Of a stretch of 40,000 nucleotides of DNA, positions 6,344 through 16,260 are shown one piece after another (position 1 is the stretch's first letter; each line of letters begins with the position of its first letter). The stretch is from the NCBI GenBank assembly GCA_963836465.1, contig CAWIJZ010000071.1, forward strand, positions 1 to 40,000, read 5' to 3'. The translations under genes and the position numbers were made by a program. The DNA is from an uncultured Nitrososphaerota archaeon. GTDB taxonomy: Archaea; Thermoproteota; Nitrososphaeria; Nitrososphaerales; Gagatemarchaeaceae. The notes under the pieces are model-generated. The model worked only from the letters and a program-made list of their open reading frames with translations. It made no database searches and was not told the DNA's origin.

Positions 6344-7147
6344 TTATGCTGCGAGGCCTGTTATAGCAATCGGCCTCACGGGCGAACCTGTTGCTCCGAC
6401 AAGCTTCAGTGGTAAGCAGACGAACAGAAATTCATGCTTTCTTTCTGACGCGAGTCCATCGAGATTCAGGTTTCCCAGAATGCAAATCCCATTTTGCACA
6501 ATTAAGTAAACGTGGCATGGCAGGGTGACACCCATCTCTGGGTCGGGTGCACCCGTGTCGAGTTCCCAAGCCATGTTGTCAGCACCTACGACTGAAACGC
6601 CTTTTGACACGAGCCATCTTGTTGCGGCGAGGGAGACCCCAGCCGCGCTCGCGTACCTCCCGGGATGGTTCCAGTACTTGGCGTATCCTGTCCTCACAAG
6701 CAAGACATCCCCTCTCTTGATCTTGATGCCTTCGGCTTCACAACATCTCCTGAGGTCCTCTTCCGCAATACCATAGTGTGGAGGAAGAACCCTCACCTTC
6801 ATGATGCGAGGCACATCAAGGAGTAGTCCTCGGCCCACAATAGGCCTGAGATTCTCCACCCCATTCTTCGTGAAGCCATAGGGAGTCTCGACCTGAGGCG
6901 TTACTTTGATACCCCCGTTCAGCTTGTGGTCAAGAGCCATGTGGCTGAGAGCATCAATATGCGTGCCTGTGTGCTCACCCATGACTAGTAGACCTGAAGC
7001 GCCGCTTCTTGTCCTCCCAGAAATGGCAGTGTCCTTGTGCTGCCTGTGTAGTAGGTACCTGTACCCAGTTGGCACATGAGCCGGGTGGATCGGCATGCCC
7101 TGGAATCTTGGTTGTTCCAAGTCATATACTCTGAACTCTTTCTTCAA
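6344..7147 (-). CDS. Cyclase-family metal-dependent hydrolase (kynurenine formamidase-like)
   Basis: 267 aa. It carries the HxGTHxDxxxH motif (EHTGTHIDALSHM) that characterises the putative-cyclase family. Confidence 0.75.
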   Translation of the reverse strand: MKKEFRVYDLEQPRFQGMPIHPAHVPTGYRYLLHRQHKDTAISGRTRSGASGLLVMGEHTGTHIDALSHMALDHKLNGGIKVTPQVETPYGFTKNGVENLRPIVGRGLLLDVPRIMKVRVLPPHYGIAEEDLRRCCEAEGIKIKRGDVLLVRTGYAKYWNHPGRYASAAGVSLAATRWLVSKGVSVVGADNMAWELDTGAPDPEMGVTLPCHVYLIVQNGICILGNLNLDGLASERKHEFLFVCLPLKLVGATGSPVRPIAITGLAA

Positions 7148-7324
7148 GGCCTCTCAATTCTCTTGCCTCGCCTAGGCTTCTTTTAGTTTTGTCGGCATTT
7201 CGAGGTGGCGTTTTAGGAGAATGTCACGTGGTCAGGTTTCCTTCCAGTGAGTCAGTGTTTTGTTCTCTTCGATTCGACCCGAGCATAGGCCAATCGCGCG
7301 GGGTGTCAGGTGCGCGAACTCCAA

Positions 7325-8425
7325 CTACACTCTATATTGCTGGGGGTTGGTCCGAACCTCTCGCACGAAATCGGATACGAGTCGGTCCAAGTTACCAAAT
7401 CGTGGCTTCCAGCCCAATTCTGTCAAACGAGTCATGTCCATATTCCTGCTGCTCGAGGCGATCATTCGATTCATCTCCTCATCGGGCTCGAAGGTGATAC
7501 GTGCGTTCGGTATTGTTCTCTTCACGGATGCCACAAGTTCTCTGGCCGTGGGGTTTCTTAGCCCAACGACATTGAAGATTCTCTCGCTAAGTGAGGATAT
7601 CTTCTTCCTCACAGTGAGCGTGGCGTCAACGGCGTCCTTCACGTAGACGATGGGGATTCTTGCGTGTTCCGGGAGGCGGACGACGTATGGCTCTCCCTGT
7701 GCTGCCTTTTGAAAGATGAGGGTCGCGTAGGCGGTTGCTCCGCCCTCGCCCCGGCCGGGACCTATTATGGATGCATAGCGCAACGCAGCAAAATCAATCC
7801 CATACTTGCGCTGGTACCAGCTTCCAAGCATTTCACCGTAGATTTTCGAGATTCCGTACAGAGTTACTGGAGGGTAGTACATGAACTCTTTCATGGTGCG
7901 CGCATTGTCATCACCGTAGGCGAGGGTGCTGCTCGCGAAAAGCACCTCCCTGACGTCGGCCTTCCTCGCGGCATCGAAGAGGGACCAGAGGGACGAGATG
8001 TCCACCGAGTAGCCCATGGTTGGGTCAGCCTCCGCCGCCGCAGAGAGAAGGGCGGCGTAGTGAACGAGGACGCTCGGCTTGTAGAGCTTGAACGCTCGTC
8101 CCAATTCTTCGATCTGCTCGATACCACCTTTGTGGAAGACAACCTCTCTTTCGCTGTGCCCGACGATTGACGTGTTCTTCCTCACATCGTAGAGCACTAC
8201 TTCATCTCCGGAGTCAATTATGCTCTTGGCGAGCCACTGCCCTAGGAAGCCGCACCCCCCAGTGATGAGGAATGTCGCCAATGGTCTCTGCCAGGGCTTC
8301 GCGAGCGCCGTACTTGAGTCCTTCGCATACTTGTCAATGAACCACGCTATTGAACCGGCTTCAATCCCATCGGCCTCGGCACGTTCACATGGAGCGTTCT
8401 TGCGATGCTGGTGATCTCGTCCCAC
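7325..8425 (-). CDS. NAD-dependent epimerase/dehydratase family protein (extended SDR)
   Basis: It has a Rossmann motif (ITGGCGFLGQWLA) and a catalytic YxxxK (YGISKIYGE). The ORF-track start overlaps the upstream gene by 79 nt. A TTG at 8282 (MATFLITGGCGFLG) looks like a more plausible start. Confidence 0.75.
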   Translation of the reverse strand: MGRDHQHRKNAPCERAEADGIEAGSIAWFIDKYAKDSSTALAKPWQRPLATFLITGGCGFLGQWLAKSIIDSGDEVVLYDVRKNTSIVGHSEREVVFHKGGIEQIEELGRAFKLYKPSVLVHYAALLSAAAEADPTMGYSVDISSLWSLFDAARKADVREVLFASSTLAYGDDNARTMKEFMYYPPVTLYGISKIYGEMLGSWYQRKYGIDFAALRYASIIGPGRGEGGATAYATLIFQKAAQGEPYVVRLPEHARIPIVYVKDAVDATLTVRKKISSLSERIFNVVGLRNPTARELVASVKRTIPNARITFEPDEEMNRMIASSSRNMDMTRLTELGWKPRFGNLDRLVSDFVREVRTNPQQYRV

Positions 8426-9432
8426 GTAGCATCTTCTATGAATATGCCGTTCTTCAGCCTCTTCTGTTCCTCGATGAGCTCTGGTTCTCCGGGTATCAGA
8501 ATCTCCTTCACTCCTGGCGCCTTTTTGCTCATCCTGACCCTACTGATCGTTTCATCGAGTCTTCGCTTGAACGCAGCGACCGGCCCGAACCTTGAGATGT
8601 CAATCGTCAGCATGAAAACCCCGTTGCCACCAGAAAACCCCTTTGCTTTCAGCATTGAAACCCCTTTGCTCGAGGCGCTCCCGTTTCCGCTCAACGCGCC
8701 ACTCAGAATATCGACTAGGAAGGCCAGTCCATAACCCTTGTACCCGACATTTCCACCAATTGGGAGGATGGAACCACCGTTGAAGAAATCATCAGGCTCG
8801 ACGCTAGGAGCACCGTTCTTGTCAACTATCCACCCTTCGGGAAGCTTTTCGCCTCTTGCCTTCTTCACAGCTATCTTGCCCACCGCGCAAACGCTCATGC
8901 ATATGTCCAGCGAGAATGGATGCTGCTTGTCGCCAGTAGGGACGGCCGCGCCGAGGGGACTCGGGTTGAACATCCTTTCTATGCCCCCGAAAGGCGCCAC
9001 CGATGGATATGAGTTGACCATTGTGATTCCGATCATATCTTCTTTCATAGCCATTAGAGAATAGTCAGCCATTCTTCCAATGTGTCCGCAGTTGTAGATG
9101 CAAAACGCGGACACGCCGAATTTCTTTCCCTTTTCAATTGCCATCCTCATAGCCTGAGTCGCAACCACCTGTCCGAATCCCGCGTTACCGTTGATCAGAC
9201 CCATGGCGCCATCGTCGACTTCAAGGACACCTTTCGCCTTTGGATTCAGTTTTCCCTCGTCTATCTCCTTGACGTAGGGCATTATCCGAATGACACCATG
9301 AGAGTCGTGTCCAGCCAGATTAGCCTTCACGAGAAGGTCCGAAACCGTTTCAGCGTTCTCGTCCGAGGCGCCTTTCCTTGAGAAGATTGCTCTAGTCAGC
9401 GACTTGAGCTGGTCAGCGCGAATGTTTGGCAT
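8347..9432 (-). CDS. Ldh_2-family oxidoreductase (type-2 malate / L-lactate / sulfolactate dehydrogenase family)
   Basis: 361 aa. Family-typical segments are LAGHDSHGVIR, GFGQVVATQAM and NPSPLGAAVP...FSLDICMSVCAVGKI. Confidence 0.75.
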   Translation of the reverse strand: MPNIRADQLKSLTRAIFSRKGASDENAETVSDLLVKANLAGHDSHGVIRIMPYVKEIDEGKLNPKAKGVLEVDDGAMGLINGNAGFGQVVATQAMRMAIEKGKKFGVSAFCIYNCGHIGRMADYSLMAMKEDMIGITMVNSYPSVAPFGGIERMFNPSPLGAAVPTGDKQHPFSLDICMSVCAVGKIAVKKARGEKLPEGWIVDKNGAPSVEPDDFFNGGSILPIGGNVGYKGYGLAFLVDILSGALSGNGSASSKGVSMLKAKGFSGGNGVFMLTIDISRFGPVAAFKRRLDETISRVRMSKKAPGVKEILIPGEPELIEEQKRLKNGIFIEDATWDEITSIARTLHVNVPRPMGLKPVQ

Positions 9433-9502
9433 GACGGCGTTCGTGAGCCATTTAGCTCGCTATAAGAGTTCCCAACTATTAGGTTAGATTCGACGTGTCT
9501 GA

Positions 9503-10020
9503 TTCGATTGTCAAACCACAGTCTCGATCCTCCTGGTCCTCGCGTGGGCCGGTTATGAAGTTGGATTCCATGGACGGCGAACATCCATGGGATTGAGAAC
9601 GCCACTTTTGCTCATCTCGTGCGGGCTCTGCAAGGAGATTTGCCCGGTGGACATCGACATTCCCATGATGATCGCGAAGGTCAAGAGTCAGGAGATTGCG
9701 CTGGACGGCCAGCTCAATCTCAGAGAATCCGACCGCAGACTTATCGCCACAGAGAGCAGCGTGTGCGCCATGCAGTCGAACGATGGACTCCACGCGAGGG
9801 TGATGCATCCACTCTACTTCGTCAAGCCCGAGTTGGTGAGTTAATATGTCATCGGCATTTCCCCGCCGAAAGCTTCTGGGACCTCTGCAACGGATGCTCT
9901 GGTTCCGTGGTTGCGCCAAGCAGACGAAGTGAACTCCTGTTGGAGTCCGAGTCGGGGGATGCACTGTCGCCCTTCTGCCCCAACAATGGCAGTGTCGCAG
10001 GCCTGCGAACAGGTTAGGGG
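9503..10020 (+). pseudogene. Possible remnant of an Fe-S (ferredoxin-type / CCG-domain, GlcF/HdrD-like) oxidoreductase gene
   Basis: One frame reads LLLISCGLCKEICPVDIDIPMMIAKVK, a CxxCxxxCP 4Fe-4S motif. Downstream, a different frame holds Cys-rich pieces (CNGCSG..., ...DALSPFCPNNG...). No single long frame is convincing, and the ~600-bp gap is too short for a full-length homolog. Confidence 0.3.
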
Positions 10021-10041
10021 TTTAATTACCAGTGCACGCAG

Positions 10042-10554
10042 GTGCCTGTTTGTGCTGGCATGAGGTACACAGAGAACGCGATGAAGCTCCTGGCGTGCAC
10101 CGACTTCGGAGAGATATTCGAGCTAGTCAAGACGGCCGCGGAGCAGTCGCTAGGCATGCACCGGGCGGGACTTACGCTCGTCCTCGGGGACCTCCCGAAC
10201 TCCGTAGGCGCGTACCACGAGCTCGGTTCGAACTCGATAGTGATGAACCGCAACCTCGTGAAGGTAGTTTGGGAGATAAGCGACTCCCAAAACATGAGGA
10301 ACTCCTATGTGTTCATGATACTCCTCCATGAGTACCTCCACAGCCTCGGGTTCGCGGACGACGCCCAGGTGAGAGAGCTGAGCGAGAGGATATCAACGGA
10401 CTACTTGGGGGATGGACACGTTGCAGCCGAAATGGCCGTGAACTCGCTCGAAAAGTTCTTCCCGGATGTGGGACGCTACACGATGTTCCGCGACCGTGGC
10501 GCGTACGAGACTGTCAGGAAGTTCGACTCTTCGAGCACTTCCTATATCGCATAG
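10042..10554 (+). CDS. Hypothetical protein with an HExxH zinc-metallopeptidase-like motif
   Basis: 170-aa ORF containing ILLHEYLHSLGF (HExxH). The real start may be an internal Met (MRYTENAMKLL...). Confidence 0.55.
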   Translation: MPVCAGMRYTENAMKLLACTDFGEIFELVKTAAEQSLGMHRAGLTLVLGDLPNSVGAYHELGSNSIVMNRNLVKVVWEISDSQNMRNSYVFMILLHEYLHSLGFADDAQVRELSERISTDYLGDGHVAAEMAVNSLEKFFPDVGRYTMFRDRGAYETVRKFDSSSTSYIA

Positions 10555-10636
10555 CGACCATAGGGGTTTCAGTCGTCCCAAGCACCCTACAGCGTAAATG
10601 TAGGTTCTTTCGGGCCTCGAGTGGAGCGCCTTAGGC

Positions 10637-12245
10637 ATGATTGATGTGCCTACGATAGTTCTTGGCATCGCCTTCTCCTGGATCAGGATGATACTGGCGC
10701 TCAGTCTGAGCATCGTGTTCGCGCTCGTGGTCGGAATTACAGCAGCGAGGAACAAGCGGGCGGAGGCGGTGATACTGCCGCTGCTAGACGTTTTCCAGTC
10801 AATTCCGATTCTAGGGTTCTTCCCCATCATCATCTATGGTATCTACTCCGTTCTGCCCAACGATATTGGTGCCAACCTTGCGGTGATTGTCCTAATCTTC
10901 ACCAGCATGTCCTGGAACATTGCCTTCGGTGTCTACGAGGGCGTCAAGGCAATACCACAAGACTATGTAGACCTGCTGGACATGTCCAAGGCGAGCGCGT
11001 GGCAGAGGACGAAGTCGTTGTACATTCCCGCCTCCCTTAGCCGCATCGCCTACAATACGCAAGTTTCTTGGGCCGTCGGCCTATTCTTTCTCGTTTCGAG
11101 TGAGATTATCACCCTGGGAACTCGCATAGTTCCAATCAAGTATGGTATAGGAATCGCGGCAATGAACTTCGCCAGCAGTAATCCACCTGACTATGTTAAC
11201 TACACACTCTCGATAGTAGCTCTCATCGTGACCGTCGTTGTGTGGAGGTTCGTCTTTCTTAGGGAATTCGCGCTCTGGTCAGAGCGGTACAAGATGATGG
11301 AAGAGCCAAGAGAAGCTCACAGAGATCCCATCATGAGATTTTACTCCTGGGTGAATCAAAGAAGTGTCTCCAAACTGTTTCTGCTGACGCAAGGAAGAGG
11401 TGTGAACAGGTTCACATCGGCAATCTACAGGTTCAGGAGGGGAATCAAGTACGCCGTCGCGATCTTGCTCGTTGTGTTCGTGCTGTTTGAGCTAGGTGCA
11501 ACAATGAGCGTTGGAGGTGCGGGTCTGCGCCCACTTCCTCAGGCTTCGGTTCTGCTTTCAGACGAGGGGCAGGTACTCTTCGCGCTTGCCAGCTCTTTTC
11601 TGAGGGTTTGGTACGTCTATGCTATTTGCGCTGCGATCGGGCTCCCACTTGGCATAGTCATATCTCTGAACTTCAAGCTCTACGACACGGTCTCTCCGAT
11701 TCTGGAAGTGATATCCTCGATCCCTGGTCCGATACTACTTCCGGTGTATAATCCTGATTCCCGTGATTGGCACATCTGGAGAGGCGGTAGCCGCAATAAT
11801 CATTATGTTAGCGATTATCTGGTACGTGATTTTCAACGTGATGGCTGGGGTCAGGACGCTACCGGCTGACCTCAAGGACCTTCCCAAAGAGTTCCACGTT
11901 TCGAGATTCTCGGCGTGGAGGAATGTCTACATTCCAGGCTCCATAACGGCTTTCGTAACAGGCTCGATAACCGCGATTGGGGGCGCGTGGAATGCACTGA
12001 TTGTAGCCGAGTACTTTACGTCCCAACGTTCTGTGTGTGTGAATGGAAAGGTCGTCAGCGCCAATGTCCTCACGCAAGTAGGCGCAGGAATAGGCAAGTC
12101 CATAACACTCGCTACTGCCTGTAACGACATCACTATGCTCACACTCGCTGTTCTTTCGATGACTGCTCTTATCGTGGCGTTCAACCTGATAGTCTGGAGG
12201 AGGGTGTACCATCACGCAACGAAACGCTATGCATACAACAGATAA
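10637..12245 (+). pseudogene. ABC transporter permease with two tandem permease domains (NitT/TauT-like); interrupted by one +1 frameshift as sequenced
   Basis: ORF 10637-11869 and ORF 11763-12245 are the two halves of one gene. Domain 1 reads LDVFQSIPILGFFPIIIYG. Domain 2 reads LEVISSIPGPILLPV and breaks near 11748-11751, then continues in the +1 frame as IILIPVIGTSGEAVAAIIIMLAIIWYVIFNVMAGVRTLP. Removing one A from the AA at 11750-11751 would give LLPVYILIPVIG. Confidence 0.75.
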
Positions 12246-12331
12246 GCGAAGGGCGCAACATAGTGATTGGCACGTTTAAATTCCCGGAACTACTGCGTTT
12301 TGTGTAAGAAAGAGTTGGTGCATCTGCGCAA

Positions 12332-13150
12332 ATGAAAGAGAATTCTAATACAGGACTCACACCACTGACAGAACTCATTTCGCTCAGGAACAAGAAGAGC
12401 ATTGATTACTGGCTCTGGAACGGGCATTGGCGAAGCTATTGCCAAGAGATTCGCTGAAGCCGGTGCTAACTTGGATTTTGTCGATATCGATGAAGAAGGA
12501 CTGAACAAGGTGAAGGGAAGGCTCGAGGGGTCTGATTCGAAAAAGATAGACATCCGCAGAGTCGACCTGTCCGGGAAAAGGGAAATAGACGCTCTCTGGA
12601 CGAAACTGGAAGGGAATGAGCCAGACATATTGGTAAACAATGCTGGAATCTATCCTACCAGAGTCGTTCCTAGACGTAGATGAAGCCTTCTTGAGGAAGG
12701 TGATGGATGTCAATCTGAACTCCGTTTTCTGGATGTGCCAGCACATGATAAAGAGCAGACTGAAAAAAGGTGGCGTAATCATCAATACGGCTCAATCGAA
12801 GCGGTAATGCCGCTGAAGGAGAGACCTGTCCCATTACGACATCAGTAAGGCGGGGATTATGGTTCTCTCGAGAGCATCTGGCAAGTGAATATGGCAAGCG
12901 CGGTTCAGGATAAATGTTCTAGTGTTCGGGCGGAATATGGACTGCGGGAACCAAGAACTTGGCAAAAGAAGCGACAAAGTTCAAGTTTAATGTCGTCAAG
13001 TACGGGCATCGAATACGGCATGAGGACTCCTATGAAGAGAATGGGAAAGCCAGACGAGATCGCACGTATGGCTTTGGTTCTCGCGAGTGACTTGTCGAGT
13101 TATGTAAACGGACGCTGATGGTCGTCGACGGAGGCTTTCTTTCAGCGTAG
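12332..13150 (+). pseudogene. Short-chain dehydrogenase/reductase (classical SDR), heavily frameshifted
   Basis: SDR pieces are scattered over all three frames, in order: MKENSNTGLTPLTELISLRNKK; ALITGSGTGIGEAIAKRFAEAG...ILVNNAGIYPT; SFLDVDEAFLRKVMDVNLNSVFWMCQHMIKSRLKKGGVIINT; DLSHYDISKAGIMVLSRA (YxxxK); LASEYGKRG; GIEYGMRTPMKRMGKPDEIARMALVLASDLSSYVNG; LMVVDGGFLSA-stop. That requires at least five frame changes in about 820 bp. Confidence 0.8.
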
Positions 13151-13368
13151 AGTCTCCCTATTGCTAACAGAAATGCACGGCAAGGGAGAACCCGGGCTGC
13201 TCGAATAATCGAGAAGATGCCCCTTTCCGCGCTATTGTGAGTCCCTGAAATCGTCGTACTTCCGGATGCTCCCGTGATACCTCTTCTTGGCGAGCTTCCT
13301 GCTCCTCCTGTACAGCACGAGGATCTCCCTCCAGAAACCGTAAATAACCACGTCCGAGCGGATAGCTC

Positions 13369-14619
13369 ATGAGCGAAAGACTGAATCCTTTTGAAAATGC
13401 ACTCGAGCAGCTCGACATCGCTGCTAAACAACTGAAGCTGGACCCGGGAATTCACGCAATCCTAAGGTCACCGAAGAAAATCCTTACGGTATCTATCCCG
13501 ATACGTATGGACAACGGAAAGACCAAGGTATTCACGGGGTACAGGGTTCAGTACAACGATGCCAGAGGGCCTTACAAGGGCGGAATCAGGTACCACCCGC
13601 AGGTCACCCTAGACGAGGTGAAGGCTCTCTCTGCTTGGATGACATGGAAGTGCAGCGTGGCGGACATACCCTTCGGAGGAGCGAAGGGAGGCGTCATCTG
13701 CGACCCCAAGGCCATGTCACAGGGAGAGCTCGAGAGGATGACGAGAAGGTACACAAGCGGTATTGCTGGAATAATAGGACCATTCCAGGACATTCCAGCT
13801 CCCGATGTCTACACGAACTCGCAGACCATGGCTTGGATCGAGGACACGTACAGCCAAATGAAAGGCTACATGGTGCCGGGAGTGGTCACCGGAAAGCCGT
13901 TGTCGGTTGGTGGGTCACTGGGAAGAGACAAGGCGACTGGTAGGGGTGCGGCCTTCTGCACCCGAGAAGCGGCGAAGGTGCTGAGGCTCAACCTGAAGAA
14001 CACCACCATGGCGGTGCAGGGATATGGGAACGCCGGTTCGAACTTCGCCATAATCATGCAGGACATGGGAGCCAAGCTGATTGCTGCGACAGACTCCAAG
14101 GGAGGCATCATAAACAGAAAGGGACTCGACGCGAGAAAAGTGCTCGAGCACAAGGAAAAGACAAGCTCTGTCGTGGGCTTTCCTGGAGCTGAAGCAATCT
14201 CCAACGAGGAGGTGCTCCAGACGGAGTGCGACATACTCTCACCATCTGCCCTCGAAAACGCGATCACCAAGGACATAGCCAAGGGCGTGAAGGCGAAGAT
14301 AATCGCAGAGTGTGCTAACGGTCCAACTACCCCAGAAGCTGACAAGATAATCGATGCAAACAAGATACTCCTCATTCCGGACATCCTGGCGAACTCGGGT
14401 GGGGTGATAGTGAGTTATCTGGAGTGGGTTCAGAACCTCGAGAGGCTCTTCTGGTCAGAGGAGGAAGTCAACGACAAGCTAGAGAGGAAGATCACAGGAG
14501 CGTTTGCAGGCGTGCACAAGCAGTCCACCAAGAGCAACGTCTCCATGAGGACAGCCGCAATGATGGTCGGTGTGGGAAGAGTAGCAGAAGCCATCAAGAG
14601 CCTCGGTCTCTGGCCATAG
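13369..14619 (+). CDS. gdhA: Glutamate dehydrogenase (intact copy)
   Basis: 416 aa. Motifs are KGGIRYHP and IPFGGAKGG, with an NAD(P)-binding segment VAVQGYGNAGS and a C-terminal ANSGGVIVSYLEWVQN. Confidence 0.92.
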   Translation: MSERLNPFENALEQLDIAAKQLKLDPGIHAILRSPKKILTVSIPIRMDNGKTKVFTGYRVQYNDARGPYKGGIRYHPQVTLDEVKALSAWMTWKCSVADIPFGGAKGGVICDPKAMSQGELERMTRRYTSGIAGIIGPFQDIPAPDVYTNSQTMAWIEDTYSQMKGYMVPGVVTGKPLSVGGSLGRDKATGRGAAFCTREAAKVLRLNLKNTTMAVQGYGNAGSNFAIIMQDMGAKLIAATDSKGGIINRKGLDARKVLEHKEKTSSVVGFPGAEAISNEEVLQTECDILSPSALENAITKDIAKGVKAKIIAECANGPTTPEADKIIDANKILLIPDILANSGGVIVSYLEWVQNLERLFWSEEEVNDKLERKITGAFAGVHKQSTKSNVSMRTAAMMVGVGRVAEAIKSLGLWP

Positions 14620-15200
14620 GAGTCGGCTAGCCGGAGCGAATCAGCTTCACAAGCTCCTCGACCAGGCTCGTATTTCCAAGGCCATCGGAGCCAGCTCGTA
14701 CAGGATCCGCAGCTTCCCCTTGGGTTTTGCCCTGAGTGCGGGATAGCCGAAGGAAAGAAAGCGGTACAGTGAGCTATGGACACCTATCAGCGGATAACAA
14801 CAGTGATATCACCATGGCACATGCCTATCTCACCTTCTTCTTGGTCCGTGGGACAAATCGGGATAAGCAGAGATGGCGAAATCATCTTTGGGAAGGGTTG
14901 ACAGCTAGGGGACAGTGAGATTCGGGTTGGCCTGCTCCGTGGACGGGAGCTTTGGGAGAGGACCTTGGCATCACTAACTCCACACTGAGGCCCACGTTCG
15001 GATGATAGACCTTGCTTTGTTGTAACAGAATTGCACAACGAAAGGTTCACTGGGTTTCGGACCGAGCTAATTAGCCGTATCCGACAGAAAATGTAGACTA
15101 TCGTACCGGATCAAGACAAGGCTTGCGAGATGGTACGCAGGATCATGCGAGACGTTTCATGTGATGTTTTCCACAACCAAACTGACCAGGATGTGTATGA

Positions 15201-15413
15201 CTATTTTCGCATGGCTTCCAAACCTTTCTCGGTGAGTGATCCCTCCGCGCTGACGTAACCATCTATTTGGAGCCTGGCCACTTCCTTACCCACAACTGCG
15301 GGTTCAACTTTGGTTACCTCCGATATCTCCTGAAGACTTCTCTTGTCGCTTAAGTGATGCAAAATTGCTAGGTCCAACTCGGATAGCCTTGTTGCCTCCG
15401 CTTTCTCTTCCAT
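15201..15413 (-). CDS. Small winged-helix (MarR/ArsR-like) DNA-binding protein
   Basis: 70 aa. LSELDLAILHHLSDKRSLQEISEVTKVEPAVVGKEVARLQIDGYV fits an HTH plus wing pattern. Confidence 0.55.
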   Translation of the reverse strand: MEEKAEATRLSELDLAILHHLSDKRSLQEISEVTKVEPAVVGKEVARLQIDGYVSAEGSLTEKGLEAMRK

Positions 15414-15759
15414 TTCCTTCTGCGCCCCTCTTCCATTTCGTCTCCATTAAGTCTTCTCCAATGTTAGGAAGGTCGGCGCGCGCAAGTTGAATGGCAAGCC
15501 ACGGCCAAGGCGTTCGTTTGATGGGCTTGGAATTCACTTACAGAGCCCATCCAGGTTCTGGCCCGACTGGGCCCGCTTTTTCCTAAACCGTCGCCGGGAC
15601 TGGTGGAGTCTGACTCAGCATTACTTACCCTCGTTAGTCGCAGGGAAAGCAATGTTTGTTGCAACAATAGCTCAGAATCAAGATTCAGTTTCTTAGGGTC
15701 GTCAGTAAGGGACCATCTAGCGTCGACAAGGTTCATTAGGGTAAGACAACACCTAGTAG

Positions 15760-16260
15760 TTGGCTTCAACAGTTTCGGCGGCAGTTGTTGCGGTGAGCGT
15801 CGTTGTGGGCCTTGTCTTTGCTCTCATGGAACTACGTCACTTGACCAGAACCAGGAGAACGGATGTCATCATGAGAATCTATGATAGATTCGGCGGCAAA
15901 GAGATGGTGGAAGCGATATACAGCGTAGGCCAACTGAGATCGGAGACATCTCCTAATTTCCCGCCAAGGGATGCATTGACGGGCGTCACACAGATTGCCA
16001 TACTGTTCGAGGGACTAGGCGTCCTGCTGGAGCAAGACGTGATAGACATTAAATTGGTTGACAGACTTTTCGGTCCTTCCCTGGATTCCCTCTGGGAATC
16101 AATCCGCCCGTTCATTTATGGTACAAGAGAATCTCTCAAGCAGCCCTTTATGTTCTCACACTTTGAATACCTCCACAACAGATTGAATGACTACAGGACA
16201 GTAGCTCCGAATAAGCGTGGATTGAGTTCCTGCTCAAGGATGTTTGTTTCATGTGGATAG
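15760..16260 (+). CDS. Hypothetical N-terminally membrane-anchored protein; 3' end replaced by an IS insertion
   Basis: It has an N-terminal TM helix (VSAAVVAVSVVVGLVFALMEL). The IS left end at 16197 falls inside the ORF. The last 21 codons (TVAPNKRGLSSCSRMFVSCG-stop) are read from IS sequence. Confidence 0.5.
   Translation: MASTVSAAVVAVSVVVGLVFALMELRHLTRTRRTDVIMRIYDRFGGKEMVEAIYSVGQLRSETSPNFPPRDALTGVTQIAILFEGLGVLLEQDVIDIKLVDRLFGPSLDSLWESIRPFIYGTRESLKQPFMFSHFEYLHNRLNDYRTVAPNKRGLSSCSRMFVSCG

Noticed and set aside
8282-8425. A 79-nt overlap between the Ldh_2 gene 3' end and the epimerase 5' end, as a possible functional overlap.
   Set aside because: It is more simply explained by an over-extended ORF call. 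A TTG at 8282 gives the canonical SDR N-terminus (MATFLITGGCGFLG), and the extension has no SDR counterpart.
14740-14770. An RNase P RNA-like GAAGGAAAG element, suggesting an RNA gene in the ORF-free region after gdhA.
   Set aside because: There is only a loose resemblance to the GAGGAAAGUCC core. None of the other conserved regions or helices could be traced by eye.
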